Source: Priapulus caudatus (taxonomy: Eukaryota). Taken from it: DNA of 64,000 bases. Made by a program: the position numbers and the translations under genes. The DNA lies in the NCBI RefSeq assembly GCF_000485595.1, contig NW_014577074.1:495110-559109 (forward strand), written 5' to 3'. Positions 1 to 13,829 of the stretch are shown piece after piece; positions within the stretch are counted from its first letter, which is position 1, and every line of letters begins with the position of its first letter. The notes under the pieces are model-generated. The model was given only the letters and a program-made list of their open reading frames with translations, was not told where the DNA came from and ran no database searches.

Positions 1-149
1 AATTGGCTACGAAAGTCAAACAAGAATAAAGAAGACTTATGTATAATAAGACGTCTTGCTATGCACAAATGAATTTATCAGCAGAACACCAGACACCAGA
101 TGAGCCCTGTCGCTCTGCGGCACTTGTTTTATGTTTTAAAACTGATGGC

Positions 150-583
150 TATAGAGTACCGAAGTGATGACGTCACGGTGGCATGACAACGAGCCTGCTG
201 GTTCTACACAATCATATGCTCTGGTAACATTAACTGCGTGTCGTGTTTTGTACCCGATTGTAACCATCATTCTGAGAGTCATTATGCAGTTTTTATAGAT
301 TTCCAAAGGATGGAAGTGAAAAGCAACGGGGAAAAAAATTTATTTAACCAAAAAAAAATTTAAAAAATAATAATAATTTTTTTCTTCATTTTTTTTTTTA
401 ATTCATTAAATATTGTAAGATCGACTTGCTACCGATGCTTTACCGCTGTCTGCAGCGCACACACTCGTGTTTTACGTACGCACAACATTTTCACGCTATG
501 GCTACACTATGGAGCCAGTGGCTTGTGTAGAACCAGCCCGTGCGTTGTCTTGCCAACGTGACGTCACACTTCGGTACTCTATA
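150..583. mobile_element. MITE with ~60-bp imperfect terminal inverted repeats (ATAG termini)
   Basis: Left end tatagagtaccgaagtgatgacgtcacggtggcatgacaacg...gctggttctacaca (150-210) is the near reverse complement of tgtgtagaaccagc...cgttgtcttgccaacgtgacgtcacacttcggtactctata (524-583). The interior is AT-rich and non-coding. Confidence 0.8.
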
Positions 584-1123
584 CCATTTCTTACAACAAC
601 GCTAGCGCCACTGGGAGCGCATCCACTGGGTGTTTCTTATTTATTAATTTAAGAGCAATAGGATTGCAATATCTTAAAAACGACACTTAGTTTCAGTTAT
701 AATATGAACAAATTTGTCCTAAAATAAAGATCGTTCGGTTAAATAGGAGTTCTATATAAATATAATTGCACTTTTGTGATTAGCTATTGGTCTGTAACAT
801 GTAAAATAAATTCAATGGCAAATGCGCAACTTTTTCAGGGTGGCAGCACAATCGAGCAGTGTCATGTCGGCGCCAAAAATGAAGATTTTGAAACTAAATG
901 TTGTTTTATGGCAAATGGGAATGCATGATTATAGAAATTTGTAGGTATATGCTATTATTTATGCAAATAACTATCATAATATACTATAAAATTCTAGGGG
1001 TAAGTATCCCTTTAAACAACGCGCATTCTGAAATTTATTTGATGAACCCCGTAACAGCATCAGTAGTATTTGCTATTCATCCTCCTTTCATATTGGCAGG
1101 TTGCGTGTTATAAAGTAGAGTGA

Positions 1124-1516
<393 letters not shown>

Positions 1517-3095
1517 CCGCAGTAAACATGTTGTTCTAAATTGAATGCTAGGAATGTATTAATTAAAGAGGCGTAAAATGATAATAGTGAATGGTTGAGG
1601 TTATAATTGCTGTACACTTTTAAAGCAACACAATTTAAACTTTGATTTAGATTGTCAATTTTCCACCATTTGTCATGTTACATATCTTTGTTCCAGCTAA
1701 CACCAGTAATGTAATTAACATTAGTGAGGTTTGTACGGGTGTCGTGATTAAAGGTAACATGCATATAGACGTGATTGCAGCAGCGTGCTTCTGTTAACTG
1801 TTTGTAGCACCCTACTGTTGTGCAATATGCTAGTAATGGCGCTGACTGTCTGAGATATTTGATTCATCTGTAGCAAGAAGAGAATTTTTACTAGTTCTTG
1901 TTTCTTACATTGTATTACCTGAATCAAAGATCTTTTTGTTAGCACAAATCGTCATCATCATCATTCATCAAGTCATTATATTATACAAATATTTATATTT
2001 AATTTATTTATTCCTACATGTTGTTATATGATAATATATACTCGTGGTTTTATTTAATGATGCAGTATGTATTGCTAGAGTTATTAAGTCTTACCAGCCA
2101 CAATTAATCAATTTTATCAAACATGTATGTAAGGGAAAATTTCATAGTGCTTTTCTGTGTATGTTCTAACGTTTTAATGACAGGTAATCTTTTTAATTGG
2201 TCATTTTTCTCATTTCAACCGAATCACATCCTTCAGTTACAATGAATGTCTTATGCTGGCAAAATTATATTATATGATGAGTCGCAAAATCTGTCAGTCA
2301 CGTCATGTTTTTACAGTCGTCATATGAAGATAGACCTGAGCTTTCACTGCGTAATATGTTGGCACAGTGCAATATTTTTATTTACATAATTATTTATTTA
2401 TTTGAAGTGGCCGATTTATTTACAAGGTATTTGTTGTTAGCTGCATTTGATCCGATCATGCTCGTAGTTATGTGTAACTAGAATATCATATCATTTAGCC
2501 AAGATCTCATAGGTTGCTGCTATGGAAATATTCATGAATACTGTTTATATGAATACTTTTATGAAACCTGTTTTCTGTTACTCTTTTAGTAACTACACAT
2601 TCGCTTTGGGTGTATTCAGGTTGTTACATATGAATTTAGAGAATTATTATAAACAAATTTAAAGTTGCCTTTCAGTGCCAGAAACCACTATAAATCTTGT
2701 TGTATTGTGTAAGCGAGCTAATTATTGTCATTCTATCTCTCGTAATCCAGATTAAAATTAATCTGTCATCTATCTGTTTTTGATGATAATATTGTGCGAT
2801 TGATACATGCCTAACTTTTGGTGTTTTAATATCAGTCCTCTGAATGCCATATTCGCCCGCTATTCATGGCAGTTAGCGGTACCGTGAACTATACTAGTAT
2901 AGGATATATGTGAATTACAATAGGCATAGCCTCTATGAGTTCATGTCATTTGGTCAAATCTATTGTATTCTGTCACGTTATTTAACGATATCAACATGCC
3001 TGTTGTTATATTTGTTGTTATAAGCGATCCTGGTCCCTATTACCTAGTCGTCGTTCTACGTAACATGCTGTATGGTGTCAATTATTTGTGATTGT

Positions 3096-3116
3096 AATAA
3101 AATCCACAAAAATAAA
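3096..3116 (+). promoter_or_regulatory. Candidate polyadenylation signals of the InaF-motif gene
   Basis: Two AATAAA hexamers (3096 and ~3111) end ~1.6 kb of AT-rich unique sequence after the stop codon, just before repeats begin. Confidence 0.45.
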
Positions 3117-3179
3117 TTTATAAATTTGTAATAATTTTATCAATTTGTAAATTTACGATTCACAATCAGAGTGCGTGAG

Positions 3180-4700
3180 TCGCCGCCCACGCCCTCTACG
3201 CCGGTGCCAGGCGGACGAGCACCCACCCCACATGCTCTCATAACAACACACCTCCCACGCACCGCACACGCACACACACGCACACGCACCACCACCCACA
3301 CCGCGCCGCGCCCGACTACCTGTCCGCACCGCATGATCCACCCTCTAGCGGACCCCGCCATAGAACAGCAGTCACCGCCGTGCGCATCCTCACTTCACCA
3401 GCAACGGCCGAATGCTCACACACAGCACACACACACACACACACACAACACACACACACACACACACATACATGCTCGCGCCTTACACACTGCGCACTGC
3501 CCAACACGGCGCACGCATTACACACGCGCCACATTTCGCACTTGCCTGCATTATGCTCGCACTTACCACCCGCGCTCACGCATATTTCGCCCTCACATAC
3601 AGCCACACATCTCGCACTCACACTAAAGCACACCAATTCTCGCGCGCACATACAGCACACAATCGCGCGCTCCAACATACGGCGTATACATGCTCACTTC
3701 ACACACGACGCCACATGCTCGCCCCACTAACACGCGCGCACATGCTCCGCCTTACACACGCGCACGCTTACACACGCCGGCATTGCTCGCGCTTACACAC
3801 GCCACGCTGTAACCACGCTCGCATGCTCGCGCTTACCACCGCGCACGCTACACGCACGCTCGCATGCTCTGCGCGACGGACACGCGCCGCATATGCGCAG
3901 CTCACAGTAAGGCCCTAAGCACCACAATCTCCACTCACCATAAGCACACAATCTCGCGCTCACATATACGGGTATACATGCTCACATTTTTCACACACGC
4001 GCACGATGCTCGCGCCTTACAACACGCGCACATGCTCGCACCATGGAGCTCGCGCATCTAACACGCGCCGCACATGCTTCGGCGCACCATGCTGCGCACT
4101 AACACGCGCGCACATCTCGCGACTTACACACGCGCACTTGCTCGCACCATGGGCTCGCCACTAACACGCGCGCCACAGTGCTCCGCACCATGGCCTCACC
4201 ACTAACACGCGCGCCACATCGCTCCCGCTTACACACGCCGCACTTGCCTCCTCACCATGCGCTCGCCACTAAGCAGCCGCGGGCGCGCCCACATGCTCGC
4301 ACCATCGGCTCCACTAACACCGGCGCCGCACATCGCTCGCCGCTTACACATCGCGCCACTCTGCTCGCCACCTGGCTCGCACTAACCACCGCGCCACATG
4401 CTGCACTAACACGCCGCTGCACATGCTCGCACTCACAGCACCGCGCACTCTTGCGCGCCACCCATGGCTCGCACTCACACGCGCGCACATGCTCCGTCAC
4501 CACACGCGCACTTGCTCGCCCACCTAACACCGCGCGCATTCAGTGCTCGCACCATGGCTCGCCCACTCACCACGCGCGGCGAGCATGTTCGGGGCGGGGG
4601 GCAACACTTACACGCGCCACACGCCACTGTCTCGTGCTTACACAGCTCAGTATGCTCCGCGCACACGCACGCGCGCACAGCTGCACTCACCCCCATCAAA
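3180..4700. repeat. Degenerate CA/CG-rich minisatellite (units like CACATGCTCGCGCTTACACACGCG / CACCATGGCTCGCCACTAACACGCG)
   Basis: Recurring ~24-bp units with many indels. This is the source of the spurious HT/RA-rich ORFs. Confidence 0.8.
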
Positions 4701-4839
4701 CCGTAGTACGTATGCATCGCCAATCAGAGAGAGGCAGAGAAGAGAGATGAGAGAGAGAGAGCAGAGAGAAGAGAAGAGAGAGAGAGAAAGAGAGAAGAGA
4801 AGACGAGAGCAGAGAGAGAACAAGAGCGAGAGGAGAGAA

Positions 4840-5400
4840 CATGTATTACAAATAAATTTACCAAATCAGCTGGAATAATATACAAACTCAGACAATACGT
4901 ATAGATACTAACACTCCTACTTCGATATATTATGGGATTGTACCCTATTTATTCTATCCTACCCCTATTTACAATATGCGATCCTCGCCTGGGGATCAGC
5001 TTCTAAATCAGTATTATACCCCGTTGTTAAATTACAGAATAAAATAGTAAAATGCATCAAGTTTGCTACGCGTATTGACCATGCCACCCCAGTATATAGA
5101 GAACTCAAATTACTGAAAGTTGATGACATGAACTTCGATAACATCGAACTGGCAACATTTATGTACCGTTTCTCAAATAACTCATTATCTAGTCTTTTTT
5201 TCTAATTAATTTGAATTGGCCATGAACTTTCATGGTTATATTACCAAATACTCTGTAATCTTTATATGTATTGCCTTCCTAGACTTGCATCTGCTAAAGA
5301 TTTTTTTTTTAACATTAAAGTATAAAGGCGTTAAACGTTGGGCTTCTATGCCAAACGATGTAAAGACATTCTCCTTATTCAAGTTTGTGAGATTTCTATG
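4840..5400 (+). mobile_element. Decayed 3' end of a CR1/L2-clade LINE ORF2
   Basis: Hand translation across frameshifts gives ITNKFTKSAGIIYKLRQY / YYGIV.PYLQYAILAWG / LLQNKIVKCIKFATRIDHATPVYRELKLLKVDD / LATFMYRF / YKGVKRWASMPNDVK, the typical post-RT C-terminal motifs of CR1/L2 elements. Confidence 0.75.
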
Positions 5401-5737
5401 TCTACCTCGAACAATATCAATAATTTACATATTTATATGTATATATACATACATACACTCCCACATATGCATATATTATATATATATATATATTTATTTA
5501 TATTGTTATTTACATTCTTATTGTTTATAAATATTTTATTACGTATGATTGATATCACTTGTCTTTCAACAGTTACTATGTATTTTATTTAAATTGTTTT
5601 GATTTTTTCTGATTAGTAATGTAATTATGCTGAATTTCCCAGTAATATTATTTGTTATTTATATAGTGTAGATATATGACGCTTCTCATATATTTGTTGT
5701 TGTTGTTTTTCGCTTCAGTAATAAGCATCGTACAAAT

Positions 5738-6035
5738 AACCCAGCGGGAAAAATACGTTGAAACAACGTTGCAAAATGTCTAGATTTTCAATTTAATTCT
5801 ACGTCGAATTGTTAACGTTGAAACAACGTTGACATTTTGACGTTGAATCAATTCCAGCAATTGACGCAATTCCAGACATTTTTCAATATCATTTCAACGT
5901 TGATTGCCGCCGTTGTTTTAACGTTGAAATGTCAATAATGTTTCAATGTTGAAATGTCAACGTTGTATCAATTTGGAAATCCGGTCATTTTTTAACGTCA
6001 CTTCAACGTTAATGTTTGGCTAGAATTACGTTGTA
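5738..6035. repeat. Interspersed repeat built from arrays of AACGTTG/CAACGTT palindromic motifs, starting ACCCAGC
   Basis: About ten acgttgaaacaacgtt-like motifs in 300 bp. Confidence 0.55.
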
Positions 6036-6395
6036 ATGCATGCTGATATATGCTGCATGTAGACATCGTTTATTATTATTTATTATATTTCATTATATAA
6101 TATATAACGAACGATTAACTGGCCCGGATCACCTCGCAAAAACTACAGAAATTATGCTACCGAATTGTACTATGAATTAAATGCTAGACAGGTTTTTATG
6201 AAAGGTATTCGAATCATAGCTATAAGGTGGCACAACCCCATCTAATTAAAGAGCAGTGAATAGTGTAGATCGGATTTTACCATGCACACGTGCTCAGTCG
6301 GCCCGCCCGTGACCAGTTTTAACGTATGGGATCGTGTGCGTGCGCAACACATAATAATATTTCTTGAATAAAAACACTCCACATAAGCATTATTA

Positions 6396-6432
<37 letters not shown>

Positions 6433-6677
6433 ATATATTACTATACATATAACCATATGACATCATGAACATATCAATATGCAATATTATATCAAATTGA
6501 AACATTATATCAACATGAAACCAATTTGAACTTTTGAAATATTAAGTCAACTAACTCTACTGATATATGCTTAGATAATTACACTACATTGTAATAATTT
6601 TTGATTCAAACCAATCTAGAAAAACATTATTATGTAATATTATATATATATACATCTAACCATCAAAAATCACAATA

Positions 6678-7182
6678 CAGTAAAAACCCGCGTATAAGAA
6701 CCTGTATTTTTCCAGCTTATCCTAAAAAGGTTCTTATATACATGGTGTGTACTGGGAATTTAGGCTATTTAGGTTCTTAAATATGTTATTATTTTCGTAA
6801 GAAAAAAAGGTGCTTGTGGCTGGTAGAATATTGGTGCGGTCCATTGTTTATACAAAATATTCATATAATTATGTATAAATGACTGCAATCTAGACAAATA
6901 CAAACCCTATTCTACTTTCTTATTTCTTTTTATGCCCTTTATACTTAATAGAGGTATATACCCCAACAGGAACTTGTTTTAGTTGATTTATGAATTTTAA
7001 CATGAAAGTTGAAAGTTTAAAAATTGAATATTTAAGTGTTAACTGAATTTTATCAAATAAGAACCTGTTTCAAATTTTAGGCTACAACAGGTTCTTATGT
7101 CAAGGGGGTCTAAATGGAAAATCTGAAGGCCTAAACAGGCTCCTTAATCACTGTAGGTTTTCTATGAGCGGGTTTGGTACTA
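6678..7182. mobile_element. Tc1/mariner(pogo)-like MITE remnant
   Basis: TA|CAGTAAAAACCCGCGTATAAGAACCT left end. The degenerate inverted right end is AGGTTTTCTATGAGCGGGTTTGGTACT. Internal ATAAGAACC/GGTTCTTAT motifs recur. Confidence 0.5.
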
Positions 7183-7949
7183 GTGATCATTACTCGATAA
7201 ACATTTACTGGTAAGTATATGGTATATATTTTGTCAGATTAGAGAAGTTATTGCGCTCCTCGCATTAGCATCTAATTGTTGCTTGCCGCGCGCTCTCTCT
7301 CTCTCTCATCTCTCTCTCTCTCTCGTCGTCGCTCTCTCTCGTTCTCTCCGCCTCTCTCGTCTCTCTCAGTCTCTCTCTCGCTTTTCCGTCCTCGTTCACA
7401 GGAGCGCAAATGTACGACGGGCGTTATATAAGTACGTATATATGTATATATGGAGATATATAGATATATATACTATTATAGAAGATATATTTGTTTGTGC
7501 GCGTGCGTTGTCGGTGGCGCTGTGCGTGTGCGGCGCTGTGGCGGTTGGCGGTGCGGGTGGGTGTGCGTGTGCGTGGGGTGTGCAGTTGGCGTGCGTGCGC
7601 GAAGCGTGTGCGCGAGCGGCGTGATCTCGGCGTGCGCGTTGTGGAATTGTGATAATTCCATCTGTTACTGTAAACATTCTGCAAACGTGAAACTAAAACG
7701 ACAGTGCTGCGAAACTACCAGGCAGTTTAGGGTAATAAAATAGCTTCAATATTTTAAGCCTCTACTCTCTTGTAATACTATACCTAACTCCACTTCACTG
7801 CTTTCTAGTTCAACAGCCAGGTTTTCTTTGCTGGAACATGAGAGCACGTCTAGACTTCCAAAAAAGAGGAATGCAAATGTGTGTACACATAATCACGCAC
7901 ACACACACGCCCGCACACACATATGCTCGCTCGCGCACACACGCTCGCG

Positions 7950-7980
<31 letters not shown>

Positions 7981-8694
7981 GCGCACGCACGCACACGCAC
8001 GCACACACACACACGCGCGCGCGCACAGATACCGCACACGCGCGCACACACGCGCGCACGCACACGCACACGCACACGCACACGGGCGCACAGATACGCA
8101 CACGCGCACGCACACACGACCACCCTAGAAACATACTACCCGAGGTATACACTATATTATATAGTAGTGAATTTCTGGAGTTAAATCAATGCAATTGACA
8201 TTACTTGGTACACGTTTAATGCCTGCGCGCATATTAGTCCACGCATGTTGTGCATGTTTGCTTGCTTGTGTGCGTGCGCGCGTGCGTGTTTGCGTGCTTG
8301 CGTGCGCGTACGTGAATTTGTGAGTTTGCACCTGCACACGTTCGCGACCGCCTGCGCAATATCACAAACGCTCAGATTGGCGCATACAATAACCGCCCCC
8401 TCACGATGGTTTCAAATCGCTGACAGCAACGACGACGACAATGATGCAATCCGTTCTAGTTATTACAATTCGTACAATGTTATTGTAGATGTTTCAACAT
8501 AGTTGCCAATTGTTTCCATAATTTTATACTGTCAGGTTTAATATAATGCTATTTACACGTTGGACTTATTATTTCTGTGCACATACTTTGTTGCTACTAT
8601 GCGTATCAGATTAAATGCTCGCTCCTTATTCACCCACCAACTTGTCTTTTCTACATACAACATAGTGAAAGAAGCATCCAACTGTTAAATACGA

Positions 8695-8760
8695 TAGAGT
8701 TAGAGTTAGAGTTAGAGTTAGAGTTAGAGTTAGAGTTAGAGTTAGTGTTAGTGTTAGGAT
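8695..8760. repeat. (TTAGAG)n hexanucleotide microsatellite
   Basis: Direct reading; gives the ELELEL ORF. Confidence 0.9.
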
Positions 8761-11559
8761 TAGAATTAAGATTATCGTATAAGGCCTACTCGGACGATGT
8801 GTTCACAGACTGTATTAACAGCAATATATGTCCAATTCAGCTGGCGTTCAATTACCCAAATCTTGTTTTTCAACAGAATGTTCCTAATTGCTATGCAATT
8901 ATTCCGGCATGATTACACAGATGTAATTCCCGAATCCTATTCCCCAAATGCGAATCACTTACATTGCAGCAGAACACCCCAACTGCATTATTATTCTCCC
9001 AGTGTTGACAGTGCAGTTGTCGTGGTCAGGCCCGTCGGAAGGAAGTGCTACGGTTTCAGTGGGGGTCTGGTGGTGAAACCCCCAGCGGGGTTCGAAGGGG
9101 CAGACAGGGTGAAGAACTTTTTTTGAATTGGGGGTGCAAATCATGCAATTTAGCACACTTTAAAGTGATTTTATTTCCTTCATTGTACTGCAGAAAAGCG
9201 ACAAAACTACTTCATTAAATAGAAATTGAGGTCAAGCTGCAGAACTCTTCATACAGCTGCATCAACTGAACACACACACACGCGCCGCGCGCGCACACAC
9301 ACCAACGCACAGAAAGCAGATTAAAAAAATCGAGTTTTTTTCGTTTTGGTTGACTTCTTCCCACCTCCCCCCTCCCGGCCACCCCTGGATCCGCCACGGA
9401 CCCCACCAAATGAAAGATAGGTTAGGGCGGTTTGTCAAATAGACCTCGCAAAAATGCCATAGCCCTGGTTTGTCCCATGGAATTTACCAGAGAAGGGCGC
9501 GGAGAATGGTGTCCAAATGATCGTGTCGTATAAGGCCTACGTTGGAATTATAAGCAATTTTTAATATTGGAATGAAGAGGTGACGAAAATATGGGCGGGA
9601 AAATCTATATAGTGACTAACTATAAATAGGGGGTTTCACGTTCAGGTGCGTGAGCTTAATTTTATCACCTTTTCTTGAGGATATTATTTTTAAGTCTTTG
9701 CGATTGTGATGGGAAAAGTTTGTGGCATATATGCTGTTCTTCGGTTTATGATGATAAATGCGTTTCATAATAATTGAAAAAAAGGCCAAAGTCACTTCGA
9801 TGTTACGTGTTTCTTTCCATAGTGTATGATAAAGCCTATGCATCAGCCTTATGATCATGACATTTTATCACCCTCGCACTTTTCTCTCTTCTGTCCTTCT
9901 CTTCTCTTTTCTTCTCCGCTCACTCTGTACCTTTTCTCTTCTCTTTTCTTTCTCCCTCTCCATCTCTCTTCTTTTTTTTTTTCTTCTTTTTTTTTCTTTT
10001 TTTTTTAGACTGAAAAGTGGTACGGTCAATTCCCGCTACCCACACCGTAGCCGGTCTCACGACGGCCTGTCCGTCGGTAAACAGACAACGTTGATGCATC
10101 GCATCCTCACTTCCCGCGTGATTTCATGTATTGGCCATATAGTTCCATTGTGTTTTTATTTGCATCTTTTTTTTTATATGCAGCATCTCTATGTGCCGCT
10201 TATCAATGGTTGACATGATTACTTTTATACTGCGTAGCGTAGCCTACTGGAACGAGTTTTTAAATTATGTGCGTGCGTGCACCGTGCGCACATTTGCGCG
10301 CGTGCGTGTGCGCGTGCGTGAATGCGCGTGCGTGCACGCGTGCGTATAGCTATATGTTTGTGCGTGTGCGTGCTCACGCACGTATCTAGGTATCTGTTCA
10401 TGGGCATGCAAGCGCGCTTGTTTTGCGTAATATGATGTTGGTTAGTACACATATATAATCAGAAGCCGAAAAAAATCAAACGTAGTTTTTCGTCCTGAAG
10501 TCTCTGTCTTCTCCATCTGCCGTCGGTGATCTGATGCATCTATTATGGCTGCAAAATAAAACACGGAGAGTAAAAACGTCTTCAGTCAAAAATGTTAGGT
10601 AGGCGAAATACAAATAAAGGAAGCCCAAGTGTCTTTAAATATATTTTGGTACATATGAAATAGTAATATTGAAATAAATCAAAGTGCGAAAATATTTATG
10701 CAAGCATGTAACGCATTCGTCGTGCACGCTCTGCCAATCTGTTGTTAAACATTCTCCACGCATTCACGTTCCGTTCAACGGTTTCCCCTATATAGGAACG
10801 GGAACTTACATATCGGCATCTTGCGAGAAGATATTCTGATATCAGTGCATACTATTGTCTTTTTTTCCGACATCCACTTCCGCATCTTCTACGTCCACTC
10901 AGAGCGATGAGGTGCCACTGACTGCGGGCTAGTCACCTGCTGCCACCTGTTGATAGGCTGTAGCAATGATTTATTCAGCTCGGCATAGATGAAAAGCTTC
11001 ATCACTGGCTAAATCTATATGGCTTATAACCTCATAAAGATTCGTCTTCAAAGTTATTGTGATTGTCCCGATGAAAGAGAGAGTCAAGATTGATTAAACA
11101 TGTATGCTACTTGGCGATACTGCGGGGCAGAATTTTGGGCTGCGCATGTGGCATCGCGAGGGAGTTCATTGCTAGATTTGCACGTGTAATACCTTAAGCG
11201 GATACGTTTTATCGGTTAAAAATCTTTCGCTTGCATATAATTATGTAAACCGTGACACTGCACAAGATAACAGTGAAAGAAAGTTTCTTACGCTTACCAG
11301 CCATCATTTATGAATGAATCCGTGCATGGCACCATGTCCAGGCTGCACTTGGCCATGCACCGGTCTGCGAAAGCAAAATTCGTTGCTTTTTGAACTGTAA
11401 TGAAACAAAAGAGAAGGCGATACGAACTATGAGTATTCATTAGAAGGTTGTAGTAGGCACTACGCGTCTAGAATTTAGCAGTTCTTAATTTCACCTTTTG
11501 ACTTATTATTTGTCAGAAAAAAACTTCCCAACATCATGTTTTTCTGTGTTTTCAAAAAT

Positions 11560-12800
11560 GCTCATAATACAATGTCGCTCCAAGCGCACGCCGCCCACAG
11601 TCCCACATGTGGCGAAGACGTCATGAGGGACGGCGGTACATAGAAGCAAAGAGGAGCCGTATGGTGCGAGGCGTTGAGGTGCGAAGTCGATAAGGCACAA
11701 ACTGACTTTTGATGAAGTGCCGTCCTTCGGCAGGGGACGAAGAACCACAACGCCGAACGTCGGTCTGCAGGTGGGTCTCACGTCGACTGACATGGGCCGC
11801 GCGAGCGTAGCGCGCGTCTTCAGAGCGGTAAATGTACATCTGCCTGGCGAGAAGAGCATAAAAGAAACTGCTAACAAGGTTGAGGCAGCAGTGGCCGAAT
11901 TCAACAGGGCGGATATGAGTCTAGTGCGCGATGAAATTAGAACGTTAAATGAGGGGCGCGGCCTCACGCCCAAGGCGCCTATAAGAAACCGAAGGCAGCA
12001 GGAGGTACAGCAATGCGCTGTGGGCCGGTGCAGGTAAGACACCCTTCCAAGCGGCTTCCCAGTGCATATACACCGTGTCTCAAAACGTGGGCATCGGAGT
12101 TGATCTCTTAAATAAACTGTGCAAAAAAGCAGCTCACCTACGAGCTCTTGGTCACAACGTTATCGGACCAAATCACCCCGGTCAATGTTCTGCAAACTTG
12201 CGTCGCGACGAGATGAGAAACGCTCTGCAGAGAGAATCATGAGAGAGCTCGCAAAGGACACGAATCCACTTTGCGTAAGTGTCATCGGTACTCTGACGAG
12301 TACGGTCTGGTCTACAGGAAGCTGCAGGCAATACGTCTGAAAAGGAAGAGTTGTGTATTGAACGCGAGACGTCTCAACGAGAATCGGCGAAAAGGCATTT
12401 CTAAAACCTAACTTTCGCTCGCACATGTTTCCTGGACATACTAAGGAGGAGCGAGAAAAGAAAACGGTGAGTCGCCCATGACCTGAGGCGACACTGTGTG
12501 GCAGAATTTCGGGGGCGGCGGTTATAGCATCGCGAGGGAGCAACAGAAAACTCGAGCAACTACACATCAACGTCCACAAAGCCACCGGCACTGCTACACA
12601 ACGAATGGAGGATGGCGATGCCGCATGTATTCTCTTGTTTGTGGCAAGCAGAGCCTTTAAAAACAAAAGTTACCTGCTCGAGGGTTACCTGCAGATGCAG
12701 CGCTCCTGGAATAGTGGATCGCTTCAGCAGGCCGATGCTGGGAAAAGCTCATTTCAATACGTGTACGCAGAAATCCGAAGCCATCCTCAAGGTCTGTTAA
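11560..12800 (+). pseudogene. Decayed Mutator-like (MULE-type) DDE transposase
   Basis: Across stops and frameshifts: HAAHSPTC...KQRGAVWCEALRC / FDEVPSFGRGRRTTTPNVGLQVGLTSTDMG...ANKV...NRADM...NEGRG / TEGSRRYSNALWAGAGKTPFQAASQ...NKLC...CSANL / DEKRSA / FRSHMFPG...DLRRHCVAEF / CRMYSLVC / FNTCTQKSEAI. From memory, the motif order matches invertebrate Mutator-like transposases; no search was run. Confidence 0.7.
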
Positions 12801-12870
12801 GAAACTAAAACAGGAACAGCGGAGACGCGATGGCATTGATAGTGTTATATAATATGTATGTAGGCCTACG

Positions 12871-12914
<44 letters not shown>

Positions 12915-12989
12915 CGTACTAATTATATATATTATAATCCGTTTTGTGTAAATGTCATGACGACAGACAGCAAGGCGGCGGCAACTACT

Positions 12990-13225
12990 TACCCGCGTCC
13001 ACAAAGCCATCGTACACTGCTAGTCTACACAGCGCAGTGTGGATAGCGATGCCGCATGCATTCTCGTTTGTGACAAGCCCTGCCCTTGAGACACGAGTTA
13101 CTTTTCCGAGGGACTCGCTCCCACCGCTACAGACGTAACGTTCCTGAATGAGTGGATCCCTCAGCAGGCTGACACTGGAAAAACTTGTTTCAATACCAGT
13201 AAGCAAAAATCCAAAGCCATAAACA
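12990..13225 (+). pseudogene. Partial second copy of the transposase C-terminal segment
   Basis: gtccacaaagcca...gcgatgccgcatg...ttcaatac..cagaaatcc(g/a)aagccat repeats 12572-12785 and translates FNTSKQKSKAIN. Confidence 0.6.
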
Positions 13226-13829
13226 TGTCATACCAAACATCGATTCCAAAATGCAATTGATCGGGGCCCCACTTGTTTCCGGGATCCGTTCCGTTCCGTT
13301 CCGTTCCGTTCCGTTAAGTACTTAGAACAGCAACAGCGGAGACGAAATGGAGGACAGAAATGGTGTTACGCTCACGCATTTCGCACTCAGGCTGTCGATG
13401 ATTGTGAAGAGTAGAAACACGTCGATTTCTCAATTTCGATTTCTGCCACAATAGCCCATGTATAAATAGATCTTCTATTCAGCTGGAGCATGAGAGCATG
13501 GCTAGATTGTTCTAAAAGAGAGCATGCAAAGGTGTGTATACATAATCACGCGTGCACACCTACTCGTGCACACGCACACACATACGCTCGTGAACGCACT
13601 AACACCCTCTCACGCAGACACACATATAAGCTGGCGCATGCGCCAACCCGCGCACGCACTAACCCTCTCGCACGCGCGCGCGCGCGTACACACGCGCACA
13701 CGAATATGCACAGCGTTCAACGTTTCCCCTATATAGGAACGGGTATCTACATATCAGCATCTTGCGAGAGGATATTCTGTTAAGCCTGCCGCACACGCTG
13801 TGTTTTGTGCTGCGCCATCGGCCACGCGT

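Noticed and set aside
3140..4878. His/Thr/Arg-rich overlapping ORFs
   Set aside because: Derived from CA/CG simple repeats that are open in many frames.
8695..8760. Telomere-like repeat
   Set aside because: The unit is TTAGAG, short and interstitial; an ordinary microsatellite.
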